Part shown: positions 1 to 9,189 of the stretch, in pieces | Numbering within the stretch: position 1 is the stretch's first letter | Layout of the letters: each line of letters begins with the position of its first letter | Origin: Candidatus Eiseniibacteriota bacterium | GTDB taxonomy: Bacteria; Eisenbacteria; RBG-16-71-46; SZUA-252 | Direction: 5' to 3' | DNA: 64,000 bases | Assembly: GCA_005893275.1 (NCBI GenBank) | Contig: VBOW01000032.1 | Coordinates: forward strand, 10,088-74,087 | Position numbers and translations under genes: made by a program | The notes under the pieces: model-generated | Database searches by the model: none | What the model was told of the DNA's origin: nothing | The model's input: the letters and a program-made list of their open reading frames with translations, nothing else

Positions 1-1288
1 ACGTCGGCCGGTTCCCAAAACCCAGCCCCCCCGTCACGAGCTGCAGACCGGCGTCCGCCATTCCCATCCACAGACCGCGCTCGAATCCCTGATGGAAATT
101 GCGGACCTTGTAGAGCTCCGACCAGACCCAGGACTCGCGCACCCGGCGATCGTAGCCGGCCATCGCCTCCGCTCCGAAATCCTGCTTTAGAAGAGCGTCG
201 AACGCAGTCTCCGCCGCAAGCATCCCCGACTTCATCGCCGTGTGGACTCCTTTGAGCCGCTCCGAGTTCAGGAGCGAGGCGTTGTCGCCGCAAAGGAGCC
301 CGCCGGGCCAGGAGAGACGTGGCACCGAGTAGTAGCCCCCCTCGGGTATGGCTTTCGCGCCGTACGAATGGAGCGTCCCCCCCTCGAGCAGCTTCGCGAC
401 GAAGGGATGCAGCTTGAACGCCTGCATCAGGCCGTGCGGATCGGTCGTGGGGTCCCAGTAGTCGAGCCCCACGACGAATCCCACGGACCAGCGGTCCTGA
501 TCCATCCCGTAGATGAACCCGCCGCCGAAGGTCTTAGAGTCGAGCGGGTGGCCCATCGTGTGAATGACGCGCCCCTTCGGCACGCGGCCCTTGGGCATGC
601 GCCAGACTTCCTTGATCCCGGTCGCGTAGATCTGGGGCGCGCGGCCTTCCTGGAGCTTGAGCTGCGGGGTGAGCCGCTTGGTCAGGGAGCCTCTCACGCC
701 CTCGCAGAGGACGGTGACCTTCGCGCGGATGTCTGCGCCCGGCTCGAAATTGGGCTTCCGGTTACCGTGGCGGTCGATCCCCTTGTCGCCGGTGCGCACC
801 CCGACCATCCGCTCCCCTTCGAAGAGCCCCTCGACGGCGGCCATCCCCGGGAGCACGTAGGCCCCCGTGTCTTCGACGAGCCCTCCCATCCACTTCTCGA
901 AATTGCCCAGCGAGATGACGTAGTTCCCGTGGTTTCGAAGCGGCGGAGGGAGAAGGGGGAACCGGAGTTGCCCGGATCTCGTGAAGAAGAAGAGATCGTC
1001 GCTCGTGACCTCGCTCTCGATCGGGGCGCCCTTCTCCTTGAAATCGGGGATCAGCTCGCGCATCGCCCGCGGGTCCAGGATGCAGCCCGAGATCCCGTGC
1101 GCGCCGATCGCGGAGGCCTTCTCGAGCACCGCGATCGAGATCTCGCCGAGCGCCTTGGCCTGGTCCTGCGCCGTGGCCTGTTTGTGCTGCTCGAGGAGCT
1201 GGGTCAGGCGCAGCGCGCCCGCGAGCCCCGCCGGGCCGCCGCCCACGAAGAGGACGTCGACTTCGAGGACGTCCCGCTGATCGCTCAC
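1..1288 (-). CDS. electron-transfer flavoprotein:ubiquinone oxidoreductase (ETF-QO), partial: C-terminal part runs off the window start
   Basis: Minus-strand translation from GTG at 1288 reads VSDQRDVLEVDVLFVGGGPAGLAGALRL..., an FAD GxGxxG N-terminus typical of ETF-QO/FixC. The frame stays open to position 1. The listed + ORF 242..1429 is its antisense shadow. The GTG overlaps the trxB stop (GTGA). Confidence 0.75.
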   Translation of the reverse strand, partial: MSDQRDVLEVDVLFVGGGPAGLAGALRLTQLLEQHKQATAQDQAKALGEISIAVLEKASAIGAHGISGCILDPRAMRELIPDFKEKGAPIESEVTSDDLFFFTRSGQLRFPLLPPPLRNHGNYVISLGNFEKWMGGLVEDTGAYVLPGMAAVEGLFEGERMVGVRTGDKGIDRHGNRKPNFEPGADIRAKVTVLCEGVRGSLTKRLTPQLKLQEGRAPQIYATGIKEVWRMPKGRVPKGRVIHTMGHPLDSKTFGGGFIYGMDQDRWSVGFVVGLDYWDPTTDPHGLMQAFKLHPFVAKLLEGGTLHSYGAKAIPEGGYYSVPRLSWPGGLLCGDNASLLNSERLKGVHTAMKSGMLAAETAFDALLKQDFGAEAMAGYDRRVRESWVWSELYKVRNFHQGFERGLWMGMADAGLQLVTGGLGFGNRPT

Positions 1289-2277
1289 TTGCGGCGCGCC
1301 CCGTCCCGGCCCGCCGCGGCCACGGCGGGAGCCGGCGTGCTCGAGGAGTGTTTCAGCTCTTCCAGATACCGCTCGGCGTCGAGGGCGGCCATGCAGCCGG
1401 TCCCCGCGGCGGTGACCGCCTGGCGATAGACCGAATCCTGCACATCCCCGGCCGCGAACACGCCCGGCACGCTCGTCCGCGTTCCGCCGAACGTGCGGAT
1501 GTATCCGTTCGGCTCGAGCTCGAGCTGTCCTTGGAAGAGCGCGGTGTTCGGCTGGTGTCCGATCCCAATGAAGAGCCCTTCCGCCGGGACGACCGTGGTG
1601 TATCCCGTTTTCAGGTTCTGGATCTTCACTCCCGTGACCTTGCCGAGGCCGGAATCCAACACCTCCTGGACAATCGAATCCCACAGGAAGGATATTTTCG
1701 GGTTCGCCATGGCTCGGTCCTGCATGATCTTCGAGGCGCGCAGCTCGTCGCGGCGGTGAATCACGGTCACGTGGCTCGCGAACTTGGTGAGAAAGTTCGC
1801 CTCTTCCATCGCGGTGTCGCCGCCGCCCACGACCAGGACGCGCTGGTTCTTGAAGAAGTACCCGTCGCACGTGGCGCACGCCGAGACGCCGTGCCCCATG
1901 AGCTTCGCCTCGCTCGAGATTCCGAGGAGCTTGGCGACGGCGCCGGTCGCGATGATCAGGGTGCGCGACGTGTACTTTTTTCCGTGCGCGACAACCTCGA
2001 AAGGAGCCTTCTTGAGGTTCACCGATTCTACTTCGGCCGTGATCAGCTCCGTGCCGAAGCGAGCCGCCTGGGCGCGCATGCGCTTCATGAGGTCGGGCCC
2101 CATGATCGCATCCTCGAACCCGGGATAATTCTCCACGTCGGTCGTGATCGTGAGCTGGCCGCCGGGCTGGGCGCCTTCGAAGAGCAGCGGCGAGAGGTTG
2201 GCGCGCGCGGCGTAGATCGCCGCGGTCAAGCCCGCGGCGCCGGAGCCCAGAATGACGACCTGACGAGTCTCGGCCAT
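1285..2277 (-). CDS. trxB: thioredoxin-disulfide reductase
   Basis: GSGAAGLTAAIYAARA FAD motif, CATCDG redox-active dithiol, and a second dinucleotide motif VVGGGDTAMEEA. Start taken at MAETRQ (ATG at 2277..2275) rather than the upstream ORF start. Confidence 0.9.
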   Translation of the reverse strand: MAETRQVVILGSGAAGLTAAIYAARANLSPLLFEGAQPGGQLTITTDVENYPGFEDAIMGPDLMKRMRAQAARFGTELITAEVESVNLKKAPFEVVAHGKKYTSRTLIIATGAVAKLLGISSEAKLMGHGVSACATCDGYFFKNQRVLVVGGGDTAMEEANFLTKFASHVTVIHRRDELRASKIMQDRAMANPKISFLWDSIVQEVLDSGLGKVTGVKIQNLKTGYTTVVPAEGLFIGIGHQPNTALFQGQLELEPNGYIRTFGGTRTSVPGVFAAGDVQDSVYRQAVTAAGTGCMAALDAERYLEELKHSSSTPAPAVAAAGRDGARRK

Positions 2278-2517
2278 GGAACCTATGTTCCCCTTCCGGG
2301 TTAGGAGTGCTGGTGTCGCGTCCGGCGGGCGCCGGAATCGCCGCAGGGAGCGCCGCATCCAAGTGCAGGCCTCCGAACTATAGAAAATGGACGCGCCACG
2401 TTCAACGTACTACTTGGACGCCGCGAGATGCCGGAGGGATCGTGTGATAGAGTCCCCGGCTCACGGGGCGGGCCACGCTCTCCCCGTGCAACCCTGTTTC
2501 CGGAGGACACCACGACC

Positions 2518-3195
2518 ATGAAACGGTTACGCTCGCTCCCCTCGGCATTCCTGCTCCTCGCGGCGCTCGTCCTGGCCGCGCCCACCCAAGCGGCTCCACA
2601 AACCTATGAGATCGACCCCGTGCACTCGCGCGTGGAGTTCACGATCCGACACATGTTCAGCAAGGTGACGGGCAACTTCGGCAAATTCCAAGGGACGATC
2701 CACTACGACCCGGCCGCTCCCCTGGCGTCCTCCGTGAATGCGGAGATCGACGCGAGCAGCATCGATACCAACAACGATCGCCGGGACGGGCACCTCAAGA
2801 GCCCCGACTTCTTCGATGCCGCGAAGTATCCCACCCTCACGTTCGCGAGCACCAAAGTCTCGCCTGTAGCGGATGGCAAGCTCAAGGTCGAAGGCACTCT
2901 CACCATGCATGGCATCGCGAAACCCGTCGTCCTGGACGCTGCCTTCCTCGGCTCCGGCCCCGGGCTCGACGGCGTGACGCGCGCCGGGTTCGAGGCAACG
3001 ACGAAGGTGGACCGGAAGGACTACGGGATCGTCTGGAACAAGGCGCTCGACCAGGGGGGCACGCTCCTCGGGGACGAAGTGCAGATCAATCTCGAGATCG
3101 AAGCGGTGGCGCCCCAGCCGGACAGCGGGAGCCAGGACCAGAAGACCGAAGTAAAGACGGAGAAGAAGGAGGCGGGCTCGAAGAGCGCGAGGTAG
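2518..3195 (+). CDS. YceI-family periplasmic polyisoprenoid-binding protein with signal peptide
   Basis: MKRLRSLPSAFLLLAALVLAAPTQA signal peptide followed by a YceI-like fold (EIDPVHSRVEFTIRHMFSKVTGNF...). Start at the ATG at 2518, inside the longer listed ORF. Confidence 0.8.
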   Translation: MKRLRSLPSAFLLLAALVLAAPTQAAPQTYEIDPVHSRVEFTIRHMFSKVTGNFGKFQGTIHYDPAAPLASSVNAEIDASSIDTNNDRRDGHLKSPDFFDAAKYPTLTFASTKVSPVADGKLKVEGTLTMHGIAKPVVLDAAFLGSGPGLDGVTRAGFEATTKVDRKDYGIVWNKALDQGGTLLGDEVQINLEIEAVAPQPDSGSQDQKTEVKTEKKEAGSKSAR

Positions 3196-3197
3196 GC

Positions 3198-4148
3198 CTA
3201 AGCCTGGAGCGGGCGCGATAGCCACCGCCGCATCCATGCCGTGACGGCCTCGACCATGTCGAGGAGCTGCGGCGGGGTGCGGCGGATTCTATCTCCGGCC
3301 TGGAAGGAGTGCCCCGCGCCTTCGAGGATCAAGAGCTCGGTCATCACGGAGGACGCGTGGGAGGCGATCTCGACGGCGTTCTCGGGGGGGACGACGGCGT
3401 CCCGGTCCCCCTGCACGACCAGAAGCGGAGCCCCGAGCGATTCGATGGCGCGCGCCGCGTCGTAGCGATCGCGGTTCCGCGTGAAGTCCTCCCACAGGTC
3501 CGGGCCGAGCCGAAGGTGGGTACGCGTGCGGAAATCGTAGATCGGCGCGTCCTCGCCGCGCTCCCACGCCGCGGTCTGCTCCGGTTTCCAAACGCCGATC
3601 CTGAACGGCGCGGCCAGGGTCGCCACGCAACCGATTCTCCGGTTGGACGCCGCGTGAAGAAGCGCGAGCGTTCCGCCGCGGCTGTGCCCGATGAGCCCGG
3701 CGCGCGCCGCCCCGGGCGCGAGCGCCCATGCCACGACCCGGGCGAGATCCGCGAGCTCCTTGGCGTAGGTATTCCGGCGGAAGCGTTCCGGCTCGGTGAA
3801 CGCGCCGTCGCGACCCGCGATCCCGGATCCGGAGACGCTGAAGGTCACCGCCGGGAAGCCTGCCTCGGCCATTCTGCCCGCGAGCATCGGGAAAAATCCC
3901 CAATCCTTGTAGCCGCGGAATCCGTGGAGGAGGACGATCGGCGGGCGGGGCAGAGTCGCGGATGGCGGATTGTCGGGATGGGCGGCCGGAGGCGCATAGA
4001 GATCGAGCCTGAGCGGGCCGCCGTCCGCTCCCTCGATCTCAACCGGCTCTGGCGATGAGATCTCGGGCAAGATCCGGGAGAACCGGAAGATCTCCCTCCA
4101 CGAACCGGTGATTTCGAAGCTGAGCGGGCGCGATCCAGCGCAGCTCAT
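3198..4148 (-). CDS. alpha/beta hydrolase fold protein
   Basis: LLHGFRG oxyanion-hole region and GHSRGG nucleophile elbow, with a DRD...H C-terminal part. The start is uncertain: ATG at 4148 was chosen, and the listed ATG at 4229 overlaps the upstream NUDIX gene by 190 nt. Confidence 0.6.
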   Translation of the reverse strand: MSCAGSRPLSFEITGSWREIFRFSRILPEISSPEPVEIEGADGGPLRLDLYAPPAAHPDNPPSATLPRPPIVLLHGFRGYKDWGFFPMLAGRMAEAGFPAVTFSVSGSGIAGRDGAFTEPERFRRNTYAKELADLARVVAWALAPGAARAGLIGHSRGGTLALLHAASNRRIGCVATLAAPFRIGVWKPEQTAAWERGEDAPIYDFRTRTHLRLGPDLWEDFTRNRDRYDAARAIESLGAPLLVVQGDRDAVVPPENAVEIASHASSVMTELLILEGAGHSFQAGDRIRRTPPQLLDMVEAVTAWMRRWLSRPLQA

Positions 4149-4443
4149 CGCACTGGATGGGGGTGGGCGTGCCGTAGAGCAGATCGCAGAAATGGAAATA
4201 CAGGCTGACCCTGCGATCCGGATAGACATGGGTCAGGGCCCGCCACAGAGGTCCCACCTCGATCTCGATCCCGACCTCCTCGAGCATCTCCCTTTTCAAG
4301 CAGTCCGGGATGCTCTCCCCTCGTTGGCGCTTCCCGCCGGGAAATTCCCAGCGCCCGCCCTGGTGATCTCCGCTCTGCCTCCGGGCGATCAGCACTTCCG
4401 ACCCGTTCCAGAGGATTCCGGCCGCGACCTCGTATATGCGCAC
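4039..4443 (-). CDS. NUDIX hydrolase (MutT-like)
   Basis: Nudix box GGKRQRGESIPDCLKREMLEEVGIE. Start proposed at GTG 4443..4441, immediately after the upstream gene's stop. The alternative start is ATG at 4518. Confidence 0.7.
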   Translation of the reverse strand: MRIYEVAAGILWNGSEVLIARRQSGDHQGGRWEFPGGKRQRGESIPDCLKREMLEEVGIEIEVGPLWRALTHVYPDRRVSLYFHFCDLLYGTPTPIQCDELRWIAPAQLRNHRFVEGDLPVLPDLARDLIARAG

Positions 4444-4448
4444 CGGGC

Positions 4449-5270
4449 TCAGTTCGCCTTCGTCGGAAGGGAAGCGAGCTTCAGCTCGCGATTCAAGAAG
4501 TCGATCGTCCGTCGCCACGCGTCCTTGGCGGCTCCAGCGCGGTATCCCCCCCAGGGATTGTTCACGTTCGCGAAGGCGTGTCCCGCACCGGGGTAGATCT
4601 TGAAATCGACCTTCTTCCCGGCCTTCCGCAGGGCGGCTTCGAACTGGCGCACTTGCTCGGGAGTGGGGCCCTGGTCCTCCGCGCCGAAATTACCCAGGAC
4701 GGCGGCCTGGAGCCCGCGGATCGCCCTCTCGTCGGTGATCGGAGCGCCGTAATACATCACGCACGCCCTGATCCCGGGATCCGCCGCGGCGAGGCGGATC
4801 GCGTGCTTCCCACCCATGCACCACCCGATCACGCCGACCGCATGCGCCCGGACGTCCTCACGGCTGCGCAGGAAATCGGCGGCGGCCTGAAGCGTCGTCA
4901 TCGCGTCCTCATCGGTGAGACCGCTCATGAGCTCGTGTGCCGTGGCTTCGTCGTACGCAACCTTTCCGTGGTAAAGATCGGGGGCGAAGGCCACGTAGCC
5001 GTGCGCGGCCAGGCTGTCCGCCTGTTGCTTTACCCAATCGTTGAGCCCCCACCATTCCTGGATCACGATGATGCCCGCATGGGTGCCGGCGCCCTTCGGC
5101 AGCGCCAGGTAGCCCGAGAGCCTGGTCTTCCCTTGCGTCGTCTGGATCATGCTTCCCTTGATCACGCCGTGCGGGGGTGCGGCGGCTGGGGCCGCTTTGG
5201 GCGCGACCGCCCACAGGCACAGGAGCGCCGCCAGCATTCGCGGCCCGTAGGCCCCGAGGGTTCGCTTCAT
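4449..5270 (-). CDS. dienelactone hydrolase family protein, secreted (signal peptide)
   Basis: N-terminal signal (MKRTLGAYGPRMLAALLCLWAVAPKAAPA) and DLH-type motifs (GWCMGG nucleophile elbow, AGHAF). The ATG overlaps the queG stop (ATGA). Confidence 0.8.
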   Translation of the reverse strand: MKRTLGAYGPRMLAALLCLWAVAPKAAPAAAPPHGVIKGSMIQTTQGKTRLSGYLALPKGAGTHAGIIVIQEWWGLNDWVKQQADSLAAHGYVAFAPDLYHGKVAYDEATAHELMSGLTDEDAMTTLQAAADFLRSREDVRAHAVGVIGWCMGGKHAIRLAAADPGIRACVMYYGAPITDERAIRGLQAAVLGNFGAEDQGPTPEQVRQFEAALRKAGKKVDFKIYPGAGHAFANVNNPWGGYRAGAAKDAWRRTIDFLNRELKLASLPTKAN

Positions 5271-6535
5271 GCCGTCCTCTCTCCTTCCATGCTGGAGGTG
5301 GATGCGGCGGCCGTGCCCTCCGCGAGCGCCGCACGAATTTCAACGAGCACGTCCCGAGACGTCTCCCGCTTCGCCGCATCGCGCAGCGTGGCCCGAGCCG
5401 AGCGGCCCCCGATCCTACCCAAAGCCCAGGCCGCATGGCCACGCACCACGGGATCGGGATCCCGCGCCAGCGCGCGCGAGAGCGGCTCGACCGAGCGCCG
5501 GTCTCCCAGGTTGCCAAGCGCCACCGCGACGTTGCGCACGAACCCGGATCGCTTGGCTCTCAGAATGGCCGTGCCCTGAAATCGGGCGCGAAACGCGTCG
5601 TCGTCGAGGAATAGCAGAGGAATCAGGTGCGGCGTCTGCTGATCCGGGCGTTCGGCGAAGTCGGGGTTCTGGGTCTCCACCGCGAACCGATTCCAAGGAC
5701 AGACTTCCTGGCAATCATCGCATCCGAAGATCCTCGACCCGATGAGCGGCCTCATGTCCGCCGGAATCGCCCCGCGGTGCTCGATCGTGAGGTAGCTGAT
5801 GCACCGCCGCGCGTCGAGCTGATAGGGGCCTACGATCGCGCCGGTGGGGCATGCCGTGATGCATCGCGCGCATGTGCCGCAGTAGTTGCGCGCCGGCACG
5901 TCCGGCTCGAGGGCGAGATCGGTCAGGATCTCGCCCAGGAAAAACCAGGAGCCGGCGCCCTTCCGGATGAGATTCGTGTTCTTGCCGATCCAACCGATTC
6001 CGGCCTCTTCCGCCCATGCCCGGTCGAGCATCGGCCCGGTATCCACGTACGCGAGCCAGCGCGCATCCGGGCACATCGCGCCGATGGCGTGCGCCAGGTG
6101 CCGGAGCCGCCGGCGAATCCGTTTGTGGTAGTCGCGGCCCCACGCGTACCGCGCGATACGCCCCCGAGGCGGCGCGCCGGGACCCGTGGTGGGCCAGTCC
6201 CCCCGGTAGTACGGCAGCGACACCGAGATTACGGTCCTCGCTCCCTGGAGAACGGCGCGGGGGTCGGAGCGGCGCTCCGGGTTCCGCGCGATCCAGCCCA
6301 TCGTGCCGTGCCGGCCCGCTCGAAGCCACGCTCGAAGCCTTTGTGCGTGGCGCGACTCGCCGGCCCGGGCGAAGCCGATCGCGTCGAAGCCGAGGGCCCG
6401 CGCCTCGTCCCGGATGCGCCCCTTCAGTCCATCCGCCGAATCCGCAGCCGGCCGCGCGGCGCCCGGATCGATCCTGGGGCTGAATTCACCCGCGGCTCCC
6501 GCTGTGCTAGCATTCCCATGTGACGGCTTCATCGG
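5267..6535 (-). CDS. queG: epoxyqueuosine reductase
   Basis: 4Fe-4S ferredoxin motifs (CGTCARCITACPTGA and CDDCQEVCPWN), DGLKGRIRDEARALGFDAIGFA N-terminal region and C-terminal HEAT-like repeats, all typical of QueG. The start is uncertain: ATG 6535 or GTG 6586. Confidence 0.75.
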   Translation of the reverse strand, partial: PMKPSHGNASTAGAAGEFSPRIDPGAARPAADSADGLKGRIRDEARALGFDAIGFARAGESRHAQRLRAWLRAGRHGTMGWIARNPERRSDPRAVLQGARTVISVSLPYYRGDWPTTGPGAPPRGRIARYAWGRDYHKRIRRRLRHLAHAIGAMCPDARWLAYVDTGPMLDRAWAEEAGIGWIGKNTNLIRKGAGSWFFLGEILTDLALEPDVPARNYCGTCARCITACPTGAIVGPYQLDARRCISYLTIEHRGAIPADMRPLIGSRIFGCDDCQEVCPWNRFAVETQNPDFAERPDQQTPHLIPLLFLDDDAFRARFQGTAILRAKRSGFVRNVAVALGNLGDRRSVEPLSRALARDPDPVVRGHAAWALGRIGGRSARATLRDAAKRETSRDVLVEIRAALAEGTAAASTSSMEGERTA

Positions 6536-6540
6536 ATGGT

Positions 6541-7191
6541 ATGCCTCTTTTCCCGTTGCCCGACGTTGTCTTTTTTCCGAAGACACTCTTGCCGCTCCAT
6601 ATCTACGAGCCGCGCTACCGCGCCCTCGCCTCGGAAGCGCTCGAGCACGATCAGGTGATCTGCACGGCGCTTCTCCGGCCGGGCTGGGAGGCCGACTACT
6701 ACGGCTCGCCGGAAGTGTACTCCGTCGGCTGCATCGGGAGAATCGTCCAGCACCAGAAGCTGTCGGACGGCCGTTACAACATCACGCTCCAGGGCGAGGC
6801 GAAGGTTCGTATCCAGGAGCACGTTCGGATGGAGCCCTATCGCCTCGTTCGCGTCGCGCCCATTCAGGACGACGACGGCTGGATGCGGGAGGAGCGGGTA
6901 GCCCAAGAAGCCGCGGACTTGGTGCGGCTCTTTCGCCAGGTCCACGAAGGCCAGGGCCCCTCACTCCTCCTGGCCGATACGTTCGGGCAGAACATGAGCC
7001 CCGAATCGATTCTGAACACCGTGGCGATGCACCTCAACGTCGAGCCTGACCTGAAAGAAAGGCTTCTCGAGATGGACAGCCTCGACGCCCGGTACCGTTC
7101 CGTGCTCGAGATCCTCCGCAACGCGACGACGACCCAGGAGCGGATCGAGCGTGTGCGCCATCTCTACCCGCGCGACAAGCGGATCAACTGA
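6541..7191 (+). CDS. Lon N-terminal (LON substrate-binding) domain-only protein
   Basis: MPLFPLPDVVFFPKTLLPLHIYEPRYRAL is the canonical LonN/PUA-like opening. It is about 217 aa with no AAA+ or protease domain. Confidence 0.75.
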   Translation: MPLFPLPDVVFFPKTLLPLHIYEPRYRALASEALEHDQVICTALLRPGWEADYYGSPEVYSVGCIGRIVQHQKLSDGRYNITLQGEAKVRIQEHVRMEPYRLVRVAPIQDDDGWMREERVAQEAADLVRLFRQVHEGQGPSLLLADTFGQNMSPESILNTVAMHLNVEPDLKERLLEMDSLDARYRSVLEILRNATTTQERIERVRHLYPRDKRIN

Positions 7192-7192
7192 C

Positions 7193-7942
7193 GTGGACAT
7201 CGGCCGGCTGATCGCGCGCCTGAGAGACGCGCATCCCGACGCGACCTGCGCGCTCCGGCACCAAGATCCCTTCCAGCTCCTCGTCGCGACGATTCTCTCG
7301 GCGCAGTGCACCGACGAGCGGGTGAACCAGGTGACCCCCGTGCTCTTCTCGCGGTTCCCGAACGCAGAGTCCATGAAGGACGCCGACCCCAAGGATCTCG
7401 AAGAAATCATCCGATCCACCGGTTTCTACCACAACAAGGCGAAGGCCATTCGCGGAGCCGCGGAGCGGATCGTGGCGGCCTACCAGGGGCGGGTGCCCCC
7501 GCGCATGGACGACCTCCTCACGCTCCCGGGGGTGGCCCGGAAGACCGCCAACGTCGTCCTGGGCGTGGGCTACGGCGTGGCGGATGGGATCGTGGTCGAC
7601 ACGCACGTCGATCGCGTGTCGCACCGCTTGGGCCTCACGCGCGCGGCGACGCCGGTCCAGGTCGAGCGGGGTCTCATGAAGATCCTGCCGCGGTCGGAGT
7701 GGATCCACTTCGCGCATCTGCTCATCTTTCACGGCCGGCGGGTTTGCACCGCCCGGAGCCCCAGATGCGGCGTGTGTTCCGTGCAAGACCTCTGCCCGAG
7801 CGCCCCGCTCTTCTTGAGCGGAAAGGCCCCCGCGAGGGAAATCGCCGGGCGTGCTCGGACCGCCGGCGCGGGGCCTGCGCGCCGTCCATCGCCGAAACGC
7901 AAGGCGGCGAGGCCTGCCGCCCGGAGGGCAAAGCGGAGGTGA
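7193..7942 (+). CDS. nth: endonuclease III (DNA glycosylase/AP lyase) with C-terminal Lys/Arg-rich tail
   Basis: HhH-GPD motif (LPGVARKTANVVL), catalytic region, and a 4Fe-4S loop CTARSPRCGVCSVQDLC. GTG start at 7193 directly after the upstream stop. The last ~40 aa are KR/AP-rich. Confidence 0.85.
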   Translation: MDIGRLIARLRDAHPDATCALRHQDPFQLLVATILSAQCTDERVNQVTPVLFSRFPNAESMKDADPKDLEEIIRSTGFYHNKAKAIRGAAERIVAAYQGRVPPRMDDLLTLPGVARKTANVVLGVGYGVADGIVVDTHVDRVSHRLGLTRAATPVQVERGLMKILPRSEWIHFAHLLIFHGRRVCTARSPRCGVCSVQDLCPSAPLFLSGKAPAREIAGRARTAGAGPARRPSPKRKAARPAARRAKRR

Positions 7943-8439
7943 CGGCTCATGCGCTACCCGGCACCCGCGCGCCGGACTTCAATCTTCCGCTCGTCGGCGC
8001 CGGCTACCGGGGGCTCGCGGATTTGATCCACCCGGGCGGCGGCGTGCTCGTTTTCTTCAAAGAGGACTGCCCCGCGAGCGAGCTCGTGGTTCCGCGCCTC
8101 GGTCCGCTCGCGGGTGCGCTCGAGCGAGAGGAGAGGTTCTTCCTCGCGGTCGCGCAGGATTCGGAAGAGACGGCGCGGGCGTTTCGTGATCGGCACCATC
8201 TTCGGTTTCAGATCGCGTGGGAAGAGGCGCCCTACGCGGCCTCGAGAGCCTACGGGATCGAGACCGTGCCCGCCCTCTTCATCGTGGATGGCACGGGCGT
8301 GATCGCCGAACGCGTGGAAGGATTCATCAAGTCGGAGTACCTGGCGCTCGGCGCCGGGATCGAGCAAGCGCTTGCCTTGGGGGCCGCTCCGCCGGTGTTG
8401 GAACGCCCCGAGGAGCTGCCCGCACTGAGACCCGGCTGA
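7939..8439 (+). CDS. peroxiredoxin / AhpC-TSA (redoxin) family protein
   Basis: APDFNLPLV...GGVLVFFKEDCPASE matches the Prx peroxidatic-Cys motif (FxxxCPTE-like). GTG start overlaps the nth stop (GTGA). Confidence 0.7.
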   Translation: MTAHALPGTRAPDFNLPLVGAGYRGLADLIHPGGGVLVFFKEDCPASELVVPRLGPLAGALEREERFFLAVAQDSEETARAFRDRHHLRFQIAWEEAPYAASRAYGIETVPALFIVDGTGVIAERVEGFIKSEYLALGAGIEQALALGAAPPVLERPEELPALRPG

Positions 8440-8477
8440 ATGTCTCGCACGGCCGCCGGGGACGGCTAGGGGGAACC

Positions 8478-9185
8478 ATGAAACCTGCGCTGGGCGTCAC
8501 GATCACGTGGCTGGGACACGGGACGGTGCTCTATCGGTCCGAGAAAGGGAAGACGGTGCTCGCCGACGCATGGGTGGACGGCAATCCCGCCTGCCCACAG
8601 GCCGCCAAGGCGCTTCCTCCGATCGACCTCCTCGTGATCACGCACGGTCATGGCGATCACATGGGAGATTGCCTCGCGATCGCCAAGAAGCACGCCCCGG
8701 ATATCGTCTGCATCCACGAGATCGCGCAGTATCTGGAGGCGAAGGGGGTGCGGAAGGTTCACGGGATGAATAAGGGCGGGACGCAGGCTCTGCACGGCCT
8801 TCGGGTGACCATGGTCCACGCGGTGCACTCGAGCACGATCTCCGAGGGCGACCGCCTCCTGCCCGCCGGGGAAGCGTGCGGGTACGTCATCGAGTTCGAG
8901 AACGGCACGCGCGTGTATCATGCGGGGGATACCGCCGCCTTCTCCGACATGAGGCTGATCGGAGAGCTTTACAAACCGACGATCGCCGCGTTGCCGATCG
9001 GGGATCTCTATACCATGTCGCCCCTCGAGGCGGCGGCCGCGGCGAAGATGCTCGGCGTGAAGGCCGTGGTGCCGATCCACCACTCGACCTTCCCGGCTCT
9101 GACCGGGACGCCCGTCGCGCTGCGCTCGAATCTCAAGGGCTCGGGGATCGACGTCCTAGAGCTGAAACCGGGCGAGTCCGCCTAG
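8478..9185 (+). CDS. metal-dependent hydrolase, UPF0173 / MBL-fold family
   Basis: ITHGHGDHMGD metallo-beta-lactamase motif. Start at MKPALGVTITWLGHG. Confidence 0.8.
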   Translation: MKPALGVTITWLGHGTVLYRSEKGKTVLADAWVDGNPACPQAAKALPPIDLLVITHGHGDHMGDCLAIAKKHAPDIVCIHEIAQYLEAKGVRKVHGMNKGGTQALHGLRVTMVHAVHSSTISEGDRLLPAGEACGYVIEFENGTRVYHAGDTAAFSDMRLIGELYKPTIAALPIGDLYTMSPLEAAAAAKMLGVKAVVPIHHSTFPALTGTPVALRSNLKGSGIDVLELKPGESA

Positions 9186-9189
9186 CCCT

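Noticed and set aside
242-1429. 395-aa + ORF, with several other very long ORFs of the same kind: 4578..5579 +, 5627..6523 +, 9706..10833 +, 10617..12524 +, 14052..15221 -, 20617..21741 -, 33216..34091 -, 34516..35844 -, 36374..37483 -, 37932..39920 -, 43841..47257 -, 51164..53329 -, 58678..60507 -
   Set aside because: Each lies antisense to a gene with clear family motifs. The translations are Arg/Pro/Gly-rich low-complexity strings typical of antisense frames in ~68% GC DNA.
6535-6541. Divergent queG and LonN-domain gene starts only ~5 bp apart, possibly indicating a mis-called gene
   Set aside because: Both products have clear family signatures. The closeness more likely reflects the uncertain queG start (a downstream alternative start would leave room for promoters) than a false gene.
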